The notes under the pieces: generated by a model | Databases searched by the model: none | The model's input: the letters and a program-made list of their open reading frames with translations, nothing else | Told to the model about the DNA's origin: nothing | In this document: positions 31,901 through 42,357 of the stretch, piece after piece | Numbering within the stretch: the stretch's first letter is position 1 | Layout: each line of letters opens with the position of its first letter | Translations under genes and position numbers: made by a program | Assembly (NCBI GenBank): GCA_049840815.1 | Contig: JASGJI010000017.1 | Location: 344,133-408,132, forward strand | Length of the DNA: 64,000 bases | Origin: Thermomicrobiales bacterium | GTDB taxonomy: Bacteria > Chloroflexota > Chloroflexia > Thermomicrobiales > UBA6265 | Direction of reading: 5' to 3'

Positions 31901-34227
31901 ATGCGTGTGGATCGAGGCGACGGAGCACCCAGACGCAAGGAGGGACGAGCCGGGCGGAACCTGCTCGGACGCCTCAACGCGCGCTCCATCGACGATCTCT
32001 ACCGCATCGCCACCTTCTGGTCGGTCAATCTCAGCGGCAACGACCGGGGTCGCCACGTAGGTGCGCTCTACCGCACGATGACTGACATCCGCTCCGGGCG
32101 GGAAGTCTGGGAAACGCTGGACCGCGCCCAGCAATCCATCGTGGCGGAACTGGCCCTCTCCGAATCCGGTCCGCTCACCGTCGAGGAGATCGCCGATCTC
32201 GCCGGCCTTGACGTCGATACCGCGCGGATGGCGCTTGTCGCCCTCTTCTCCGCCGGGATCATGGCGCGGGAAGGGGATATCCAGGCGCTCCCGGTCGGGA
32301 CAATGCCCCGGCTCTTCCTGCCGCGCGAGTTGATCCTCATCTTCCGGCGGTTGCAGGACGAGCTCGATGCCGGAGATCTCTCCCGTAGCTCCCTGCGCGT
32401 GCTGCTCGATATCACCGACGATGCGGAGGTGGAGGCCGCCGCTGAGGTGTGGGGCATTCGCGTCATCCCCGGCATGCGGCGTCGCGGCGAGCTGATCGAC
32501 GACATCCTGCGCCAGATCAACCAGCCGGAACGCATCGACCGCGTGGTGGCTGCGTTGAAGCCGAACGCGCGGGCGCTCTGGAACGCCGTTCGCGCGGGCG
32601 ATGGCGGCATCGAAGGCACGATGGCGCTGGACGATGCGCTCGGACGCGTCTGGCCGACCTGGAAGCGGTCGCGCCCCACCGAGCAGATTCGCGCCGCGCT
32701 GGACGAACTGGAGACCGCGCTGCTCGTCATCCATGCGTACCGGCGCGAGGGAGATGGCCGCGTCCAGCGCCGCCTGTTCGTGCCGCAGGAGATCCTCTAT
32801 CCGGGCCGCGTTCCGACCACGCTGCCGCTGAAACCGCTTCAGCCGCTTGCGCCGGATGCCGTCCCCACGCTGGAGCCGCGCGACGAGCATGCGCTCGCCT
32901 GGGACCTGATGACGCTTCTCCGCGAGTTGGCCGCGTTCGGTGCACCGGTCTGGGTGCCGGGGGAGCCATTATCCCGTTCCTGGCAGCGGCGACTGAACGG
33001 GCGGCTCTGGTTCTCCGGCAACGAGGTGAACGCCGATGTGCCCCCGACGGGCTATCTCGGCTTCCTGCTGACACTCGGACTGGGCGTCGGCGCCATCGAA
33101 CCCTCGTCAGAACCCGTTGGCAGCACCGCCGACCGCGACGCGATCCGGCCGACGCTCTCCCCCGCATCCGCGCGTGGCGATCCCGTTCCTTTGCCGAGCA
33201 GATGGCACAGTTGAAGGCGGTCTGGCTCGCCACCGATCAGTGGTACGAAGGGCGCGAGCGCGAGGAGATCGATGTCTGGGGCGCCGACTGGCGCGGATTC
33301 CGGCATCGCCTGCTGGAGGCGTTGGGAACGGTGAGCGCGGGCGAATGGGTGCTGGTGGAGGATCTGGCGCAGCGTTTTGCCGAGCAGTTTCCGACCCTCG
33401 TCGGCACGACGTTTACCGCCGCCTCGGCCCGCTCATCCGACGATCGCGGCGATACGCGCAAGATGGCCGTCGCGCGGATTATCGCGGTGGAGGTGGAGAC
33501 GGCGCTCTGGTGGTTCGGTGTCGTGGACCTGGTGCGGGTTCCTTCGCGCGGGCTTGCCTTGAGGGTGACGGAGACCGGGCGGGCGATGGTTGCCGCTCAT
33601 GCGGAATCCGACGAGGGCGAGCCGGTGGCGGGCGGGAAACCGGCGACGACCGGTCCGGTGCTGGCCATCGACGTGCAGGGGACGATCGAGCTGCGCCAGC
33701 CTGCGCCGATCCATATCTGGTCGCTGACGGCGTTTGCCGATGCCGAGCGGCTGCGTCCGGTCGCCATCTATCAGTTGCGTCCCGGTTCGATCGGGCGGGC
33801 GCTGGGAGCCGGATTCGACCTCGACCAGATCGAGACCTATCTTGAGCGCCAGGCGGGCGAACCGGTGCCGGATGCGGTGAAGACGGCCCTGCGGCAGTGG
33901 ACGATCAGTTACCGGCGCGTCCGCCTGCGCCGGGCGACGGTCCTCCATGCGGACACGCCGGAGGCGGCGGAGGATCTGAAACGGATCGCGGTCGAGAACG
34001 GGATGCAGGTGCTGGGCGAGCCGACGCCGGAAGGTGGCCTCGTCGTCCTGCTCCCGGCGCTGGGCGATGACGGTGTTTCCGCCGAGGATCACCTGCTGAA
34101 GGCATTGCGGGCGGGTGGCTACGTCGGCCAGTGGGCCGCTGCGCCCGTCGGAGATGCGGGCGGGGCCTCGCCGGAGCCGACATCCGCGCCGAACGCCCGC
34201 CGGACGCGCCGCCCGGAACGTAGCTGA
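31901..34227 (+). pseudogene. helicase-associated-domain (Helicase_C_3/XPB-partner-like) protein, split by an apparent 1-nt frameshift near 33159-33163
   Basis: Two overlapping ORFs (31901-33214 in one frame, then the -1 frame to 34227) read as one ~775-aa protein if one C is added to the C5 run. The C-terminal block YQLRPGSIGRALGAGFDLDQIETYLERQAGEPVPDAVKTALRQW resembles the helicase-associated C-terminal domain. Confidence 0.5.
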
Positions 34228-34283
34228 GAAGGATTCTGGTAATCCGTACATCCGTCATCGGCGTACCGGGGAAGAGGGGTACC

Positions 34284-35060
34284 ATGCGCTACTACCGCGA
34301 TGAGCATGAGACGGCCTATCGCGCGATTGTCGCGCGGGGCCTCACCCAGTGGAACGACCTGTTTGATGACGCCGTCTGGACGTACGACGAGTTCCAGAAC
34401 CGCGCGTTCCTCGAAACGGTCATCCCGTCGCTCGGCCTCCCGGCACCTGCGCAGGCGCGCGTGCTGGAGTATGGGTGCGGCACCGGTCCGGCAGCCTGCT
34501 TCCTGGCGGCGCAGGGATTTGCGGTCGATGCGTTCGACCTGATCCCGGAGGCGATTGCGATCGCCCGCCGGATGGCAGAGGAGCGTGGGGTGCGGGTCGG
34601 GTTCCGTGTCGCGGACATCTGTGACCTGGCGTCCGAACCGGCGGGCGACGGCTACGACCTCGTGCTGGACAGTTTCTGCCTGCAATCCATCGTCACCGAC
34701 GAGGATCGCGCGGCCCTCTTCGCTGCCGTCCGTGCTCGATTGAAGCCCACTGGCGCCTATCTCATCTCCACCGCGATCGTCACGCCGGAACGCACCTACG
34801 ATCCCGGCACCTACGACGCCGACACTGGCATCGTGCTGCGTGTGGTCGATAGTGACGCGGATATCGAGGGTGTGGTCACGATCGAGGGTCGCCACGTCAT
34901 CCCCCATCGTCGCCACCGCACACCCGATGCGCTCCGGGACGAGCTGACTGCGGCGGGATTCATGGTCGCCAGTCTGGACGTTACCGGAACCAGCGCGGAC
35001 GTCGTGTGTCGGCGTGCAACGCCGGTGGACACCAGCGAATCGCCTGCCTATTCGGGATGA
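34284..35060 (+). CDS. class I SAM-dependent methyltransferase
   Basis: Motif I VLEYGCGTGPAACFLA, followed by the post-I acidic residue (AFDL). Confidence 0.8.
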   Translation: MRYYRDEHETAYRAIVARGLTQWNDLFDDAVWTYDEFQNRAFLETVIPSLGLPAPAQARVLEYGCGTGPAACFLAAQGFAVDAFDLIPEAIAIARRMAEERGVRVGFRVADICDLASEPAGDGYDLVLDSFCLQSIVTDEDRAALFAAVRARLKPTGAYLISTAIVTPERTYDPGTYDADTGIVLRVVDSDADIEGVVTIEGRHVIPHRRHRTPDALRDELTAAGFMVASLDVTGTSADVVCRRATPVDTSESPAYSG

Positions 35061-35221
35061 AACGACGCAGGATGCGGGAAGCGGCGCGGTATACTCATGT
35101 GTTCGTTCCGGCGCGTTTCCCGCGACCGGATGCGGAGACGCGCGGACGCCTCCGCCCATCCTCCCGACACCACAACGACCCAAACCGAATCGCCGGTACC
35201 CCCGCCATAGGACCACACCTC

Positions 35222-36799
35222 ATGACTGACTCGACTCACCACGACGACACACGTCCCACCGCGCTCCCTGCCGGGCTTGATGAGGTCCGCCTTCGTTTCG
35301 CGCCGAGTCCCACCGGCTCGCTGCACATCGGCGGCGCCAAGCAGATGATGTACAACGTGCTCTTCGCGCACGGCGAGGCCCGCCGCGCCGGGGTGAAGGG
35401 CAGCGTCGTCCTGCGCATCGAGGACACCGACCGCAAGCGCCTTGTGGAAGGCTCCGCCGAGAACCTCATGGAAGGCCTGCGGTGGCTCGGCCTCGATTGG
35501 GACGAAGGGCCGGACCTCGGCGGTCCCTACGCGCCCTACGTGCAGAGCGAGCGCAAGGACAACTACCACGCCGCCGCCGAGACGCTGATCGCCACCGGGC
35601 ACGCCTACCCCTGTTTCTGCACGCCGGAGCGATTGCAGCAGGTGCGCGAGGAGCGGATGGCGAAGGGGCTGCCGCCGGGATACGATCGCCATTGCCGCAG
35701 CATCCCCATCGAGGAGGCGCGTGCCTGTATGATCGCCGGGGAGCCGTACGTCGTGCGCTTCACGATGCCGCTCGCAGGCGAGACCATCGTGCCGGACCTG
35801 CTGCGCGGCAACATCGTCTACCAGAACGAGAAGCTGGAAGATCTCGTGCTGCTCAAGTCCGATGGCTTTCCGACCTACCACCTTGCGGTGGTGGTCGACG
35901 ACCACGCGATGAAGATCACGCACGTCACGCGCGGCCCGGAGTGGATTCCCACCGCGCCGCTGCACGTCCGCCTTTACGAGGCGTTTGGCTGGCAGGCGCC
36001 GATCTGGCTGCACATGCCGTTGATCCTCGACCCGAAGGGCGGCAAGCTCTCCAAGCGCAACGGCTCCGTCTCCCTCGCCGACTTCAAGGAGCGTGGCTAC
36101 CTGCCGGAGGCGCTGCTGAACTACCTCGCGTTGCTTGGCTGGAGCCTCGATGGCGAACGGGAGATCTTTTCGAAGCAGGATCTGCTCGATCTCTTCACTA
36201 TCGAGCGTGTTTCCGCCTCCCCCAGCACCTTCGACCGCGCGAAGCTCGACTGGCTGAACCAGCAGTGGATCAACCATCACATCACGGAGGTCGATCTGGC
36301 CGAGCGCGTGATGCCGTTCCTGCTCGACGCGGGGACGATCGCGGCGGGTCCGGCCGACGAGCGCCATCCGCAGTTCCCGGCGGTGCTGGCAGCGTCCACG
36401 CTGCTCAAGGATCGCATCAAGCACCTGACCGAGGCGCCGGAGCTGATGTCCTACTTCCTGCAGGACGAGCTGGAGCCGTATGCGGCCGAGCTGCTGATCC
36501 CGAAGAAGGTCGATCCGGCCCTCGCGCAGCGGGCGCTGAACGCGCTGGCGGAGCTCATCCCCACCCTCGACATCGCCGACGAGGCCGCGACCGAGGAGCG
36601 CCTGCGCGCGCTGGCGGATGAACTGGGCCTGAAGCCGGGGCAACTCTTCATGCCGATCCGCGTTGCCGTCACCGGACGCACGCAGTCGCCGGGTCTCTTC
36701 GAGACGCTTGCCGCGATCGGGCAGGAGCGGGTGGAGGCGCGTATCGCCGCCGCCAACGAGAAGCTGAACGCCGCGCTGGCCTCCGGAGCCACGGCGTAA
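35222..36799 (+). CDS. gltX: glutamate--tRNA ligase
   Basis: HIGH-class motif RFAPSPTGSLHIGG and KMSKS variant KLSKRNGS. Internal ATG at 35222 chosen. Confidence 0.9.
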   Translation: MTDSTHHDDTRPTALPAGLDEVRLRFAPSPTGSLHIGGAKQMMYNVLFAHGEARRAGVKGSVVLRIEDTDRKRLVEGSAENLMEGLRWLGLDWDEGPDLGGPYAPYVQSERKDNYHAAAETLIATGHAYPCFCTPERLQQVREERMAKGLPPGYDRHCRSIPIEEARACMIAGEPYVVRFTMPLAGETIVPDLLRGNIVYQNEKLEDLVLLKSDGFPTYHLAVVVDDHAMKITHVTRGPEWIPTAPLHVRLYEAFGWQAPIWLHMPLILDPKGGKLSKRNGSVSLADFKERGYLPEALLNYLALLGWSLDGEREIFSKQDLLDLFTIERVSASPSTFDRAKLDWLNQQWINHHITEVDLAERVMPFLLDAGTIAAGPADERHPQFPAVLAASTLLKDRIKHLTEAPELMSYFLQDELEPYAAELLIPKKVDPALAQRALNALAELIPTLDIADEAATEERLRALADELGLKPGQLFMPIRVAVTGRTQSPGLFETLAAIGQERVEARIAAANEKLNAALASGATA

Positions 36800-36818
36800 C
36801 CGGGGGACCTTCGCGATC

Positions 36819-37445
36819 ATGGCATCACCGACGACCATCTACCTTGTTCGCCACGGCGAGACCGACTGGAACGTGCAGCGCAAATACCAGGGCTCGACCG
36901 ATATTCCGCTCAACGCGCTCGGCCGCGAGCAGGCCGCAACGCTCGGCGCGTGGCTTGCGGCGGATGCCACACGCTTTCCTGGCACGGCCATTGTCTCCAG
37001 CCCGCTCAGCCGCGCCTTCGCGACGGCGCAGGCAATCGCCGATGCGCGTGGGCTTGCCGGGATCGTGCCCGATCCGGATGTGCAGGAGCGATCCTATGGC
37101 GTGGCGGAGGGGCTGACGCTGGAGGAGCGGGAGGCGCTTATAGCGACGCAGGAGACGTGGGAGGGACTCGAACCGTGGGAGGCCGTCACCACGCGGGCGA
37201 TGCGTGCGCTCGGGAAGGTGCTGGCGGCGCGTCCCGGTGAAGCGACGTTCGTGGTCTGCCATGGCGGCCTGATCAACGCGGTGCTGGCGGAACTCTCAGG
37301 TGGCGAACTCGGCACTGGCAAGACGACGATCATCAACACCAGCATCACGACGATCGTGACGAATGATTCGGCCGCGTTCGGCTGGGAGATCGTCTCGTAC
37401 AATGAGATCCCTCATCTGGAACTGAACGTCGTCCCCGCCGACTGA
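36819..37445 (+). CDS. histidine phosphatase family protein (phosphoglycerate mutase/CobC-like)
   Basis: RHG motif IYLVRHGETDWN and a C-terminal catalytic His region VVCHGG. Confidence 0.8.
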   Translation: MASPTTIYLVRHGETDWNVQRKYQGSTDIPLNALGREQAATLGAWLAADATRFPGTAIVSSPLSRAFATAQAIADARGLAGIVPDPDVQERSYGVAEGLTLEEREALIATQETWEGLEPWEAVTTRAMRALGKVLAARPGEATFVVCHGGLINAVLAELSGGELGTGKTTIINTSITTIVTNDSAAFGWEIVSYNEIPHLELNVVPAD

Positions 37446-37480
37446 CCGCCGGGCAATCCCGGTTCTGGGGACTTCTGACG

Positions 37481-37703
37481 TGTCATCCCGAGCAAGCGGA
37501 TCAGCGGCATGCCGCCCTCCTTATGAGATGCCGCGCTGTCATCCCGAGCGGAGCAGCGGCACACGCGACGGGGCATTCGGGATGCAGCGAAGTCGAGGGA
37601 TCCGGTTGCATGGACGACGCCCGGCATGCAGCCTGATCCCGACCACTCGACGCGCTCCGTCGTCCGCACGACGATCCCGCTCATCCGCTAGCTCGGGATG
37701 ACA
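37481..37703. repeat. cluster of REP-like intergenic repeats (tgtcatcccgagc, three copies, one inverted)
   Basis: tgtcatcccgagc occurs at 37481-37493 and 37537-37549, with its reverse complement gctcgggatgaca at 37691-37703. Confidence 0.55.
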
Positions 37704-37838
37704 GCCAGCTTTTGCTGGGGCGAACGGCGCGCCGAACCAGTGGTCCGAGGGTTCGCCCTCCGTACGAGCGCGCTAGGCCAGCCGTTTCGTCCAGAAGGCA
37801 AGCCCTCTGTGGCCTGCCAACTGCATCCCCCGTTCGCG

Positions 37839-39713
37839 CTACCCCTTCGGGGCGAGCAGGTGTTCCTCCAGGAAGGCGGCGATGTCGCGGAATGCCTTCT
37901 GCTCGTTCTCGCGCTTCGTGAAGCCGTGCCCCTCGTCCTCATACACATCGTAACGGACCTCGACCCCACGGTCGCGCAGCTTCGCCACGATCTGGTCGCT
38001 CTCCGGCTTCACCACGCGCGGATCGTTCGCGCCCTGGATCACGAAGAGCGGGGTCACGATCTGGTCCACATACGTGATCGGCGAGCGCTCCATCAGGAAA
38101 TCGGCCTCCGTCTCCGGATCTCCCACCCACTTGGCCATCATCCGCCGCCACGTTGGCGGGACCGCCTTCGCGAACGTCACCAGGTTCGACGGCCCCACCA
38201 GATCGACCGCCGCCGCCCAGTAGTTCGGCAGGCGGGAGACGCAGGAGAGCGTCGCGAAGCCGCCAAACGAGCCACCGTAGACGCCGATTCGGTCGGCATC
38301 GACCCAGTCCTGTGCGTGGAGGTACTGCACGGCGGCCTCGAAGTCCTTCAGCTCATCGCCGCCCCAATCGTGGTGGATCAGGGTCTGGTAGGTCTTGCCG
38401 TACCCCGTGCTGCCGCGCACGTTCGGCGCAAGGACCGCGATCCCCCGGCTGGCGAGGTACTGGTAGAACCCCGCGTAGGCGTAGGTCGGGCGTTCCTGCG
38501 ACTCCGGCCCACCGTGGATCGAAAGGAGGACCGGTGCCTTCCCGCGCCCACCCTCCGGAATCGCGTCCGGATGCGGGCGATAGAGCCACGCCGGAATCAG
38601 CTGTCCATCGAAGGTCGGGTAGCGGATCAGCTCCGGTTCGACCATCGTCGCCGGGTCGATGCCGCCTAGCGCGCTCTGGGTGATCTGGCGTGGTTCGAGT
38701 GGTTGGGTCGCCATGTCGATCACGAAGACCTCAGCCGGGTGCGTCGGCTGCGTGAAGAGCGCACCCAGCTTCACGCCGTCGTCGGAGAGGGCCATCGTGC
38801 CCAGGACGCCGGTCGGCATCGGGATCGCCTCGGCGGGGGAGTCGATGCCCTGCGTCAGGTCCCGGCGATAGAGGCGGGAGTAGCCGTCCTCGTTCACTTC
38901 CCAGACCAGCCAGCGCCCGTTGCGGGAGACGACGGCGTTGACGATCTCCCAGTCAGGAGCCTCGACCAGCGCGCGGGTTCCCGTCGCCAGGTCCTGATAG
39001 GCCAGCGACAGCGATTCGCGGCCCTCGGTCGTCACGAGCCAGAAGCCGGAGCCATCCGCCGCCCAGCCGACCGGTACATACATCACCTCGCCCTCGTGCG
39101 GCGTGACGTGCTCCGAGGCGCCCGTCGCGGCATCGAGGATGTGGATATCGATGTCGGTATTCGACTTCAGGTCCAGCACTAGCATGCGTGCGCCGTCCGG
39201 GGACCAGAAGAGCGGCTCCAGCACCCCGCCCTCCATCAGGGTCCGTTCGTCGCCCGTTGCTGCGTCCCGCACGATCACGTCCTGATCGGTGGGCACCCGG
39301 TCATTCGCGGCGAAGGCGAGCTGGCTGCCATCGGGCGACCAGCCGCACAGGAAGTGCTGGACTTGCTCGGTGACGGCAACCTCCTGTGGCAGGCCTCCGG
39401 TCGCGGGGATGGTGTAGATCTTCGTGAACTCGTCGCCGTCGTTGTCCGCCGTGAAGCCGATGGTCTCGCCATCCGGGGACCATACGATCTGGCGGACGGC
39501 CTGCCCGGCGGAAAGCGTGATCTGCGTCGGCCAGCCGCCCTCGGTGGATTGTCGCCAGAGGTTGAACTGGCCGGAGGTGTTGACGGAGTAGGCGATCTCG
39601 CGGCCATCCGGCGAGAAGGCGAGGGTGGGCATGAAGCGGCGGATCGCGGCGTACTGCGCGAAGGTTGGTTTCTGTGCCGTGCGTGCAGCGGTGGTGAGGG
39701 GCTGTGCGGACAT
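37839..39713 (-). CDS. S9 family peptidase (prolyl oligopeptidase/acylaminoacyl-peptidase-like)
   Basis: N-terminal beta-propeller repeats (SPDG..., WSPDG...) and a C-terminal hydrolase domain with GGSFGGF. ATG follows GAAGGGA. Confidence 0.85.
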   Translation of the reverse strand: MSAQPLTTAARTAQKPTFAQYAAIRRFMPTLAFSPDGREIAYSVNTSGQFNLWRQSTEGGWPTQITLSAGQAVRQIVWSPDGETIGFTADNDGDEFTKIYTIPATGGLPQEVAVTEQVQHFLCGWSPDGSQLAFAANDRVPTDQDVIVRDAATGDERTLMEGGVLEPLFWSPDGARMLVLDLKSNTDIDIHILDAATGASEHVTPHEGEVMYVPVGWAADGSGFWLVTTEGRESLSLAYQDLATGTRALVEAPDWEIVNAVVSRNGRWLVWEVNEDGYSRLYRRDLTQGIDSPAEAIPMPTGVLGTMALSDDGVKLGALFTQPTHPAEVFVIDMATQPLEPRQITQSALGGIDPATMVEPELIRYPTFDGQLIPAWLYRPHPDAIPEGGRGKAPVLLSIHGGPESQERPTYAYAGFYQYLASRGIAVLAPNVRGSTGYGKTYQTLIHHDWGGDELKDFEAAVQYLHAQDWVDADRIGVYGGSFGGFATLSCVSRLPNYWAAAVDLVGPSNLVTFAKAVPPTWRRMMAKWVGDPETEADFLMERSPITYVDQIVTPLFVIQGANDPRVVKPESDQIVAKLRDRGVEVRYDVYEDEGHGFTKRENEQKAFRDIAAFLEEHLLAPKG

Positions 39714-39788
39714 GGGTATCCCTTCGGTGCGGTGATGCGTGACCGTATGAATCCCCTTGCGGGAGGATACGACGATTTATCCGTGTTG

Positions 39789-40181
39789 TCAGTTCGGTGG
39801 GTTCCCGACTTCCACGACCGCGACGCGGTCCGCGCCGAGCATGTCCAGCACGCAATGGATTGGCCGGGGGATGGCGTGACGCACCGTGTTCCGGTCAACG
39901 GTCTGGAACGCGCCGATCGGCAGGGTGACGCCGTGTGTGGTGAGGCTCGCCGGCCCGCCCGCCTCGATATTCCGCTGCCAGTCCGTTGTCTCGCCGTAGG
40001 TGAGGGCGATGATGTACCGATCGCCATCGCGAAAGGCCAGCAGTGGCACGGTATAGGGCTTCCCGCTGCGACGCCCGGTGTGGGAGATGAGGATGAATGG
40101 CGGGATGCGGCCGGCGAAATGATGGGTGATGCGGTTCAGCCCATCGCGGTTCACCTTTGCGATCGCGCGGGGAATCGGCAT
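39789..40181 (-). CDS. nitroreductase-family deazaflavin (F420)-dependent oxidoreductase-like protein (DUF385)
   Basis: 130 aa. The pattern ILISHTGRRSGKPYTVPLLAF...DWQRNIEAG matches the DUF385/PNPOx-like pattern. ATG follows AGGAG. Confidence 0.5.
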   Translation of the reverse strand: MPIPRAIAKVNRDGLNRITHHFAGRIPPFILISHTGRRSGKPYTVPLLAFRDGDRYIIALTYGETTDWQRNIEAGGPASLTTHGVTLPIGAFQTVDRNTVRHAIPRPIHCVLDMLGADRVAVVEVGNPPN

Positions 40182-40205
40182 CGCCTGCTCCTGTCTCGCG
40201 TGCGA

Positions 40206-41009
40206 TCAGGCGTAGATGTCGCGGCGGTTGAAGAGCATCGTGGCGGCGAGGGTGAGGATGATGGTCGCGCCAAGCAGCGTCGCCATGCCCGGCCACCACA
40301 GTCCTTCGGTGACCGCGACGCCATAGTAGTTGTAGGCGGAGAACCAGCGCACCCAGGAGATCGATGGCGCCAGCCGTCCGATCACGTTCAGCAGGTACAT
40401 CAGGAAGAGCACGCCCGCCGGAATGCCCAGCGCCCACGAGCGTTGCCGCACGATGGACGATATCGCCAGCGAGAGCGCCCCGAAGGCGATTGAGAGGGGC
40501 CACAGCGCGAACGCGGCTCGCCATGCCTGCCGCACCGTGAGGCTGAGATCGAGTACCTGCGCCATGCCCCAGAGCACGACGGCCAACGCGCTCACGATGG
40601 CCAGTAGGTACGTCGCGATCACCAGGAAGGAGCCGATCACGATCTGCCAGCGCGGCAGCAGATTCCCGAGCAGGATGTCCAGCCGGCCACGTTCCTCCGC
40701 CCCTGCGATCACGCCGGAGAGGGCGATCATCGCGAAGAAGGGCAGCAGGATCGGCAGGATCACGCCAAACACCTGCGCCGAGAGGAACGACGCCAGCTGC
40801 GTGAAGTCCGTGATGTTGAACGCCGCCCGCATGTTCGCGGGCAGGGCGTTGAGGTTCAGCGCCCCCCGGATCGACGGATAGACCGAGACGAGCACCCCCG
40901 TATACAGCGACAACCCGACTGCCCAGAAGAGCGTCGTGCGCCATTCCGCGCGGTAGCGGAACGTCGTGTAGATGCGGAAGGTGTCGGCGGTGGAGGTGGA
41001 AGTGCTCAT
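40206..41009 (-). CDS. ABC-2 type transporter permease
   Basis: 267 aa with six hydrophobic segments and an ABC-2 permease-like N-terminus (FRYRAEWRTTLFWAVGLSLYTGVLVSVYPS). Confidence 0.65.
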   Translation of the reverse strand: MSTSTSTADTFRIYTTFRYRAEWRTTLFWAVGLSLYTGVLVSVYPSIRGALNLNALPANMRAAFNITDFTQLASFLSAQVFGVILPILLPFFAMIALSGVIAGAEERGRLDILLGNLLPRWQIVIGSFLVIATYLLAIVSALAVVLWGMAQVLDLSLTVRQAWRAAFALWPLSIAFGALSLAISSIVRQRSWALGIPAGVLFLMYLLNVIGRLAPSISWVRWFSAYNYYGVAVTEGLWWPGMATLLGATIILTLAATMLFNRRDIYA

Positions 41010-41010
41010 G

Positions 41011-42213
41011 TCAGACGCCTTGGGGCGATGGGTGCGGCTGGGCGCGGGTGCGGAGCGCGAGGACGATCAGGAGGGATAGTGCCAGAGTCGAAAGGCCTGT
41101 TGCCAGCAGCAGTGCCCTGTCCGCGCTCGCGTGGGTCAGGATGGCGGCAAAGACGGGCGGCGCGGTCGCGAAGGCAAGGTTCAGCGGAAGTGCCAGGCGC
41201 ATCGAGGCACGGGCGTAGGCCTCCCGCGGGAAGACTGCGAGGGGAATCGTGCTGCGGGCAACGGCCATCGTGCCACCCGCAAGGCCATACATCACGACAA
41301 AGGCGAACACCACCGTGCTCCCCGTTCCTACCAGGAGCAGGATGTACGCCAGTGGGAGGACGGCCGAGGCCATCAATCCGGAGGTGAGGCCGCTCCAGCG
41401 TTTCCCGCCGAGCACATCCACCGCCCGGGCACCGATCTGGATCAACCCGAGCGACGATGCGATGGCGACCGCTTCCGTTCGGGAGAGACCGCGATCCTCG
41501 AAGAGGGGGATCAATGTCAGCGAGAAGCCCCAGGTGATGAAGCCGTTGGCGGCGATGGCCCCGGCCATCAGCCAGAAGGCCGACCAGTCGAGCGAAATCG
41601 TCCCGGTCGCGGCGGTGGCAGCGTCCGTTTTCGCGACCGGCTCGTGCGCCGGGACGGCCCAGCGGATCAGCGGCAGGCAGATGACGAGGAAGCTCGCCGC
41701 CATGACGGCGAGCGTGATGCGCCATCCGGCGGCATCGTCGAGCGCGTTGGCGAGCGGCCAGAAGATGGTGGAGGCGAGGCCGCTGAAGAGCGCGAGGATA
41801 CCGATCCATTGTCGGGCGTTGTCCCCTGCGATGTCGGCGACGGCGATCTGGGCGGCGGTGGTGAGGATGCCCGCCCCGGCGACCCCGAGCAGCACCCATG
41901 GCGCGAGGTAGGTGATGCGGCCCTGCGCCCCCGCGAGCAGGAGCAGGGCCAGCGAGGCGAGGATGGTGCCAGCCGTCATTACCGCGCGGGTGCCGAATCG
42001 CTCGAAGGTGCCGGCGAGAAACCACGAGATGGCCGCCAGCACGACGAGCATGACGGTTGGTCCCAGCAGGGCGACAGTGAGGCTGAACCCGAGATCGGCG
42101 GCGATGCGATCTCCCAGCACGCCGGGAAGGTTGAAGGTGGACCCCCAGCCGATGATCTGGGTGATTCCGATCGCTCCGACCCGGGGGAGCAGTCGCAAGG
42201 AGTCTCGTCGCAT
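41011..42213 (-). CDS. MFS transporter
   Basis: About 400 aa with ~12 hydrophobic segments. The stop (41011-41013) lies 1 nt from the downstream permease start. Start uncertain (ORF extends to 42351). Confidence 0.75.
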   Translation of the reverse strand: MRRDSLRLLPRVGAIGITQIIGWGSTFNLPGVLGDRIAADLGFSLTVALLGPTVMLVVLAAISWFLAGTFERFGTRAVMTAGTILASLALLLLAGAQGRITYLAPWVLLGVAGAGILTTAAQIAVADIAGDNARQWIGILALFSGLASTIFWPLANALDDAAGWRITLAVMAASFLVICLPLIRWAVPAHEPVAKTDAATAATGTISLDWSAFWLMAGAIAANGFITWGFSLTLIPLFEDRGLSRTEAVAIASSLGLIQIGARAVDVLGGKRWSGLTSGLMASAVLPLAYILLLVGTGSTVVFAFVVMYGLAGGTMAVARSTIPLAVFPREAYARASMRLALPLNLAFATAPPVFAAILTHASADRALLLATGLSTLALSLLIVLALRTRAQPHPSPQGV

Positions 42214-42357
42214 CGTCCCTGAACCTTCGTGTGTCGTGTCCGATCTGGCCGGCGCTCTCCGTATGGAAAGCTTTTCATACGACCGCATGTTCGCATGTCG
42301 AGGGTCAGATGGGAAGGGCGCACGAGCATTCCAGACGGTGCCGACAGTCATGTGCCG

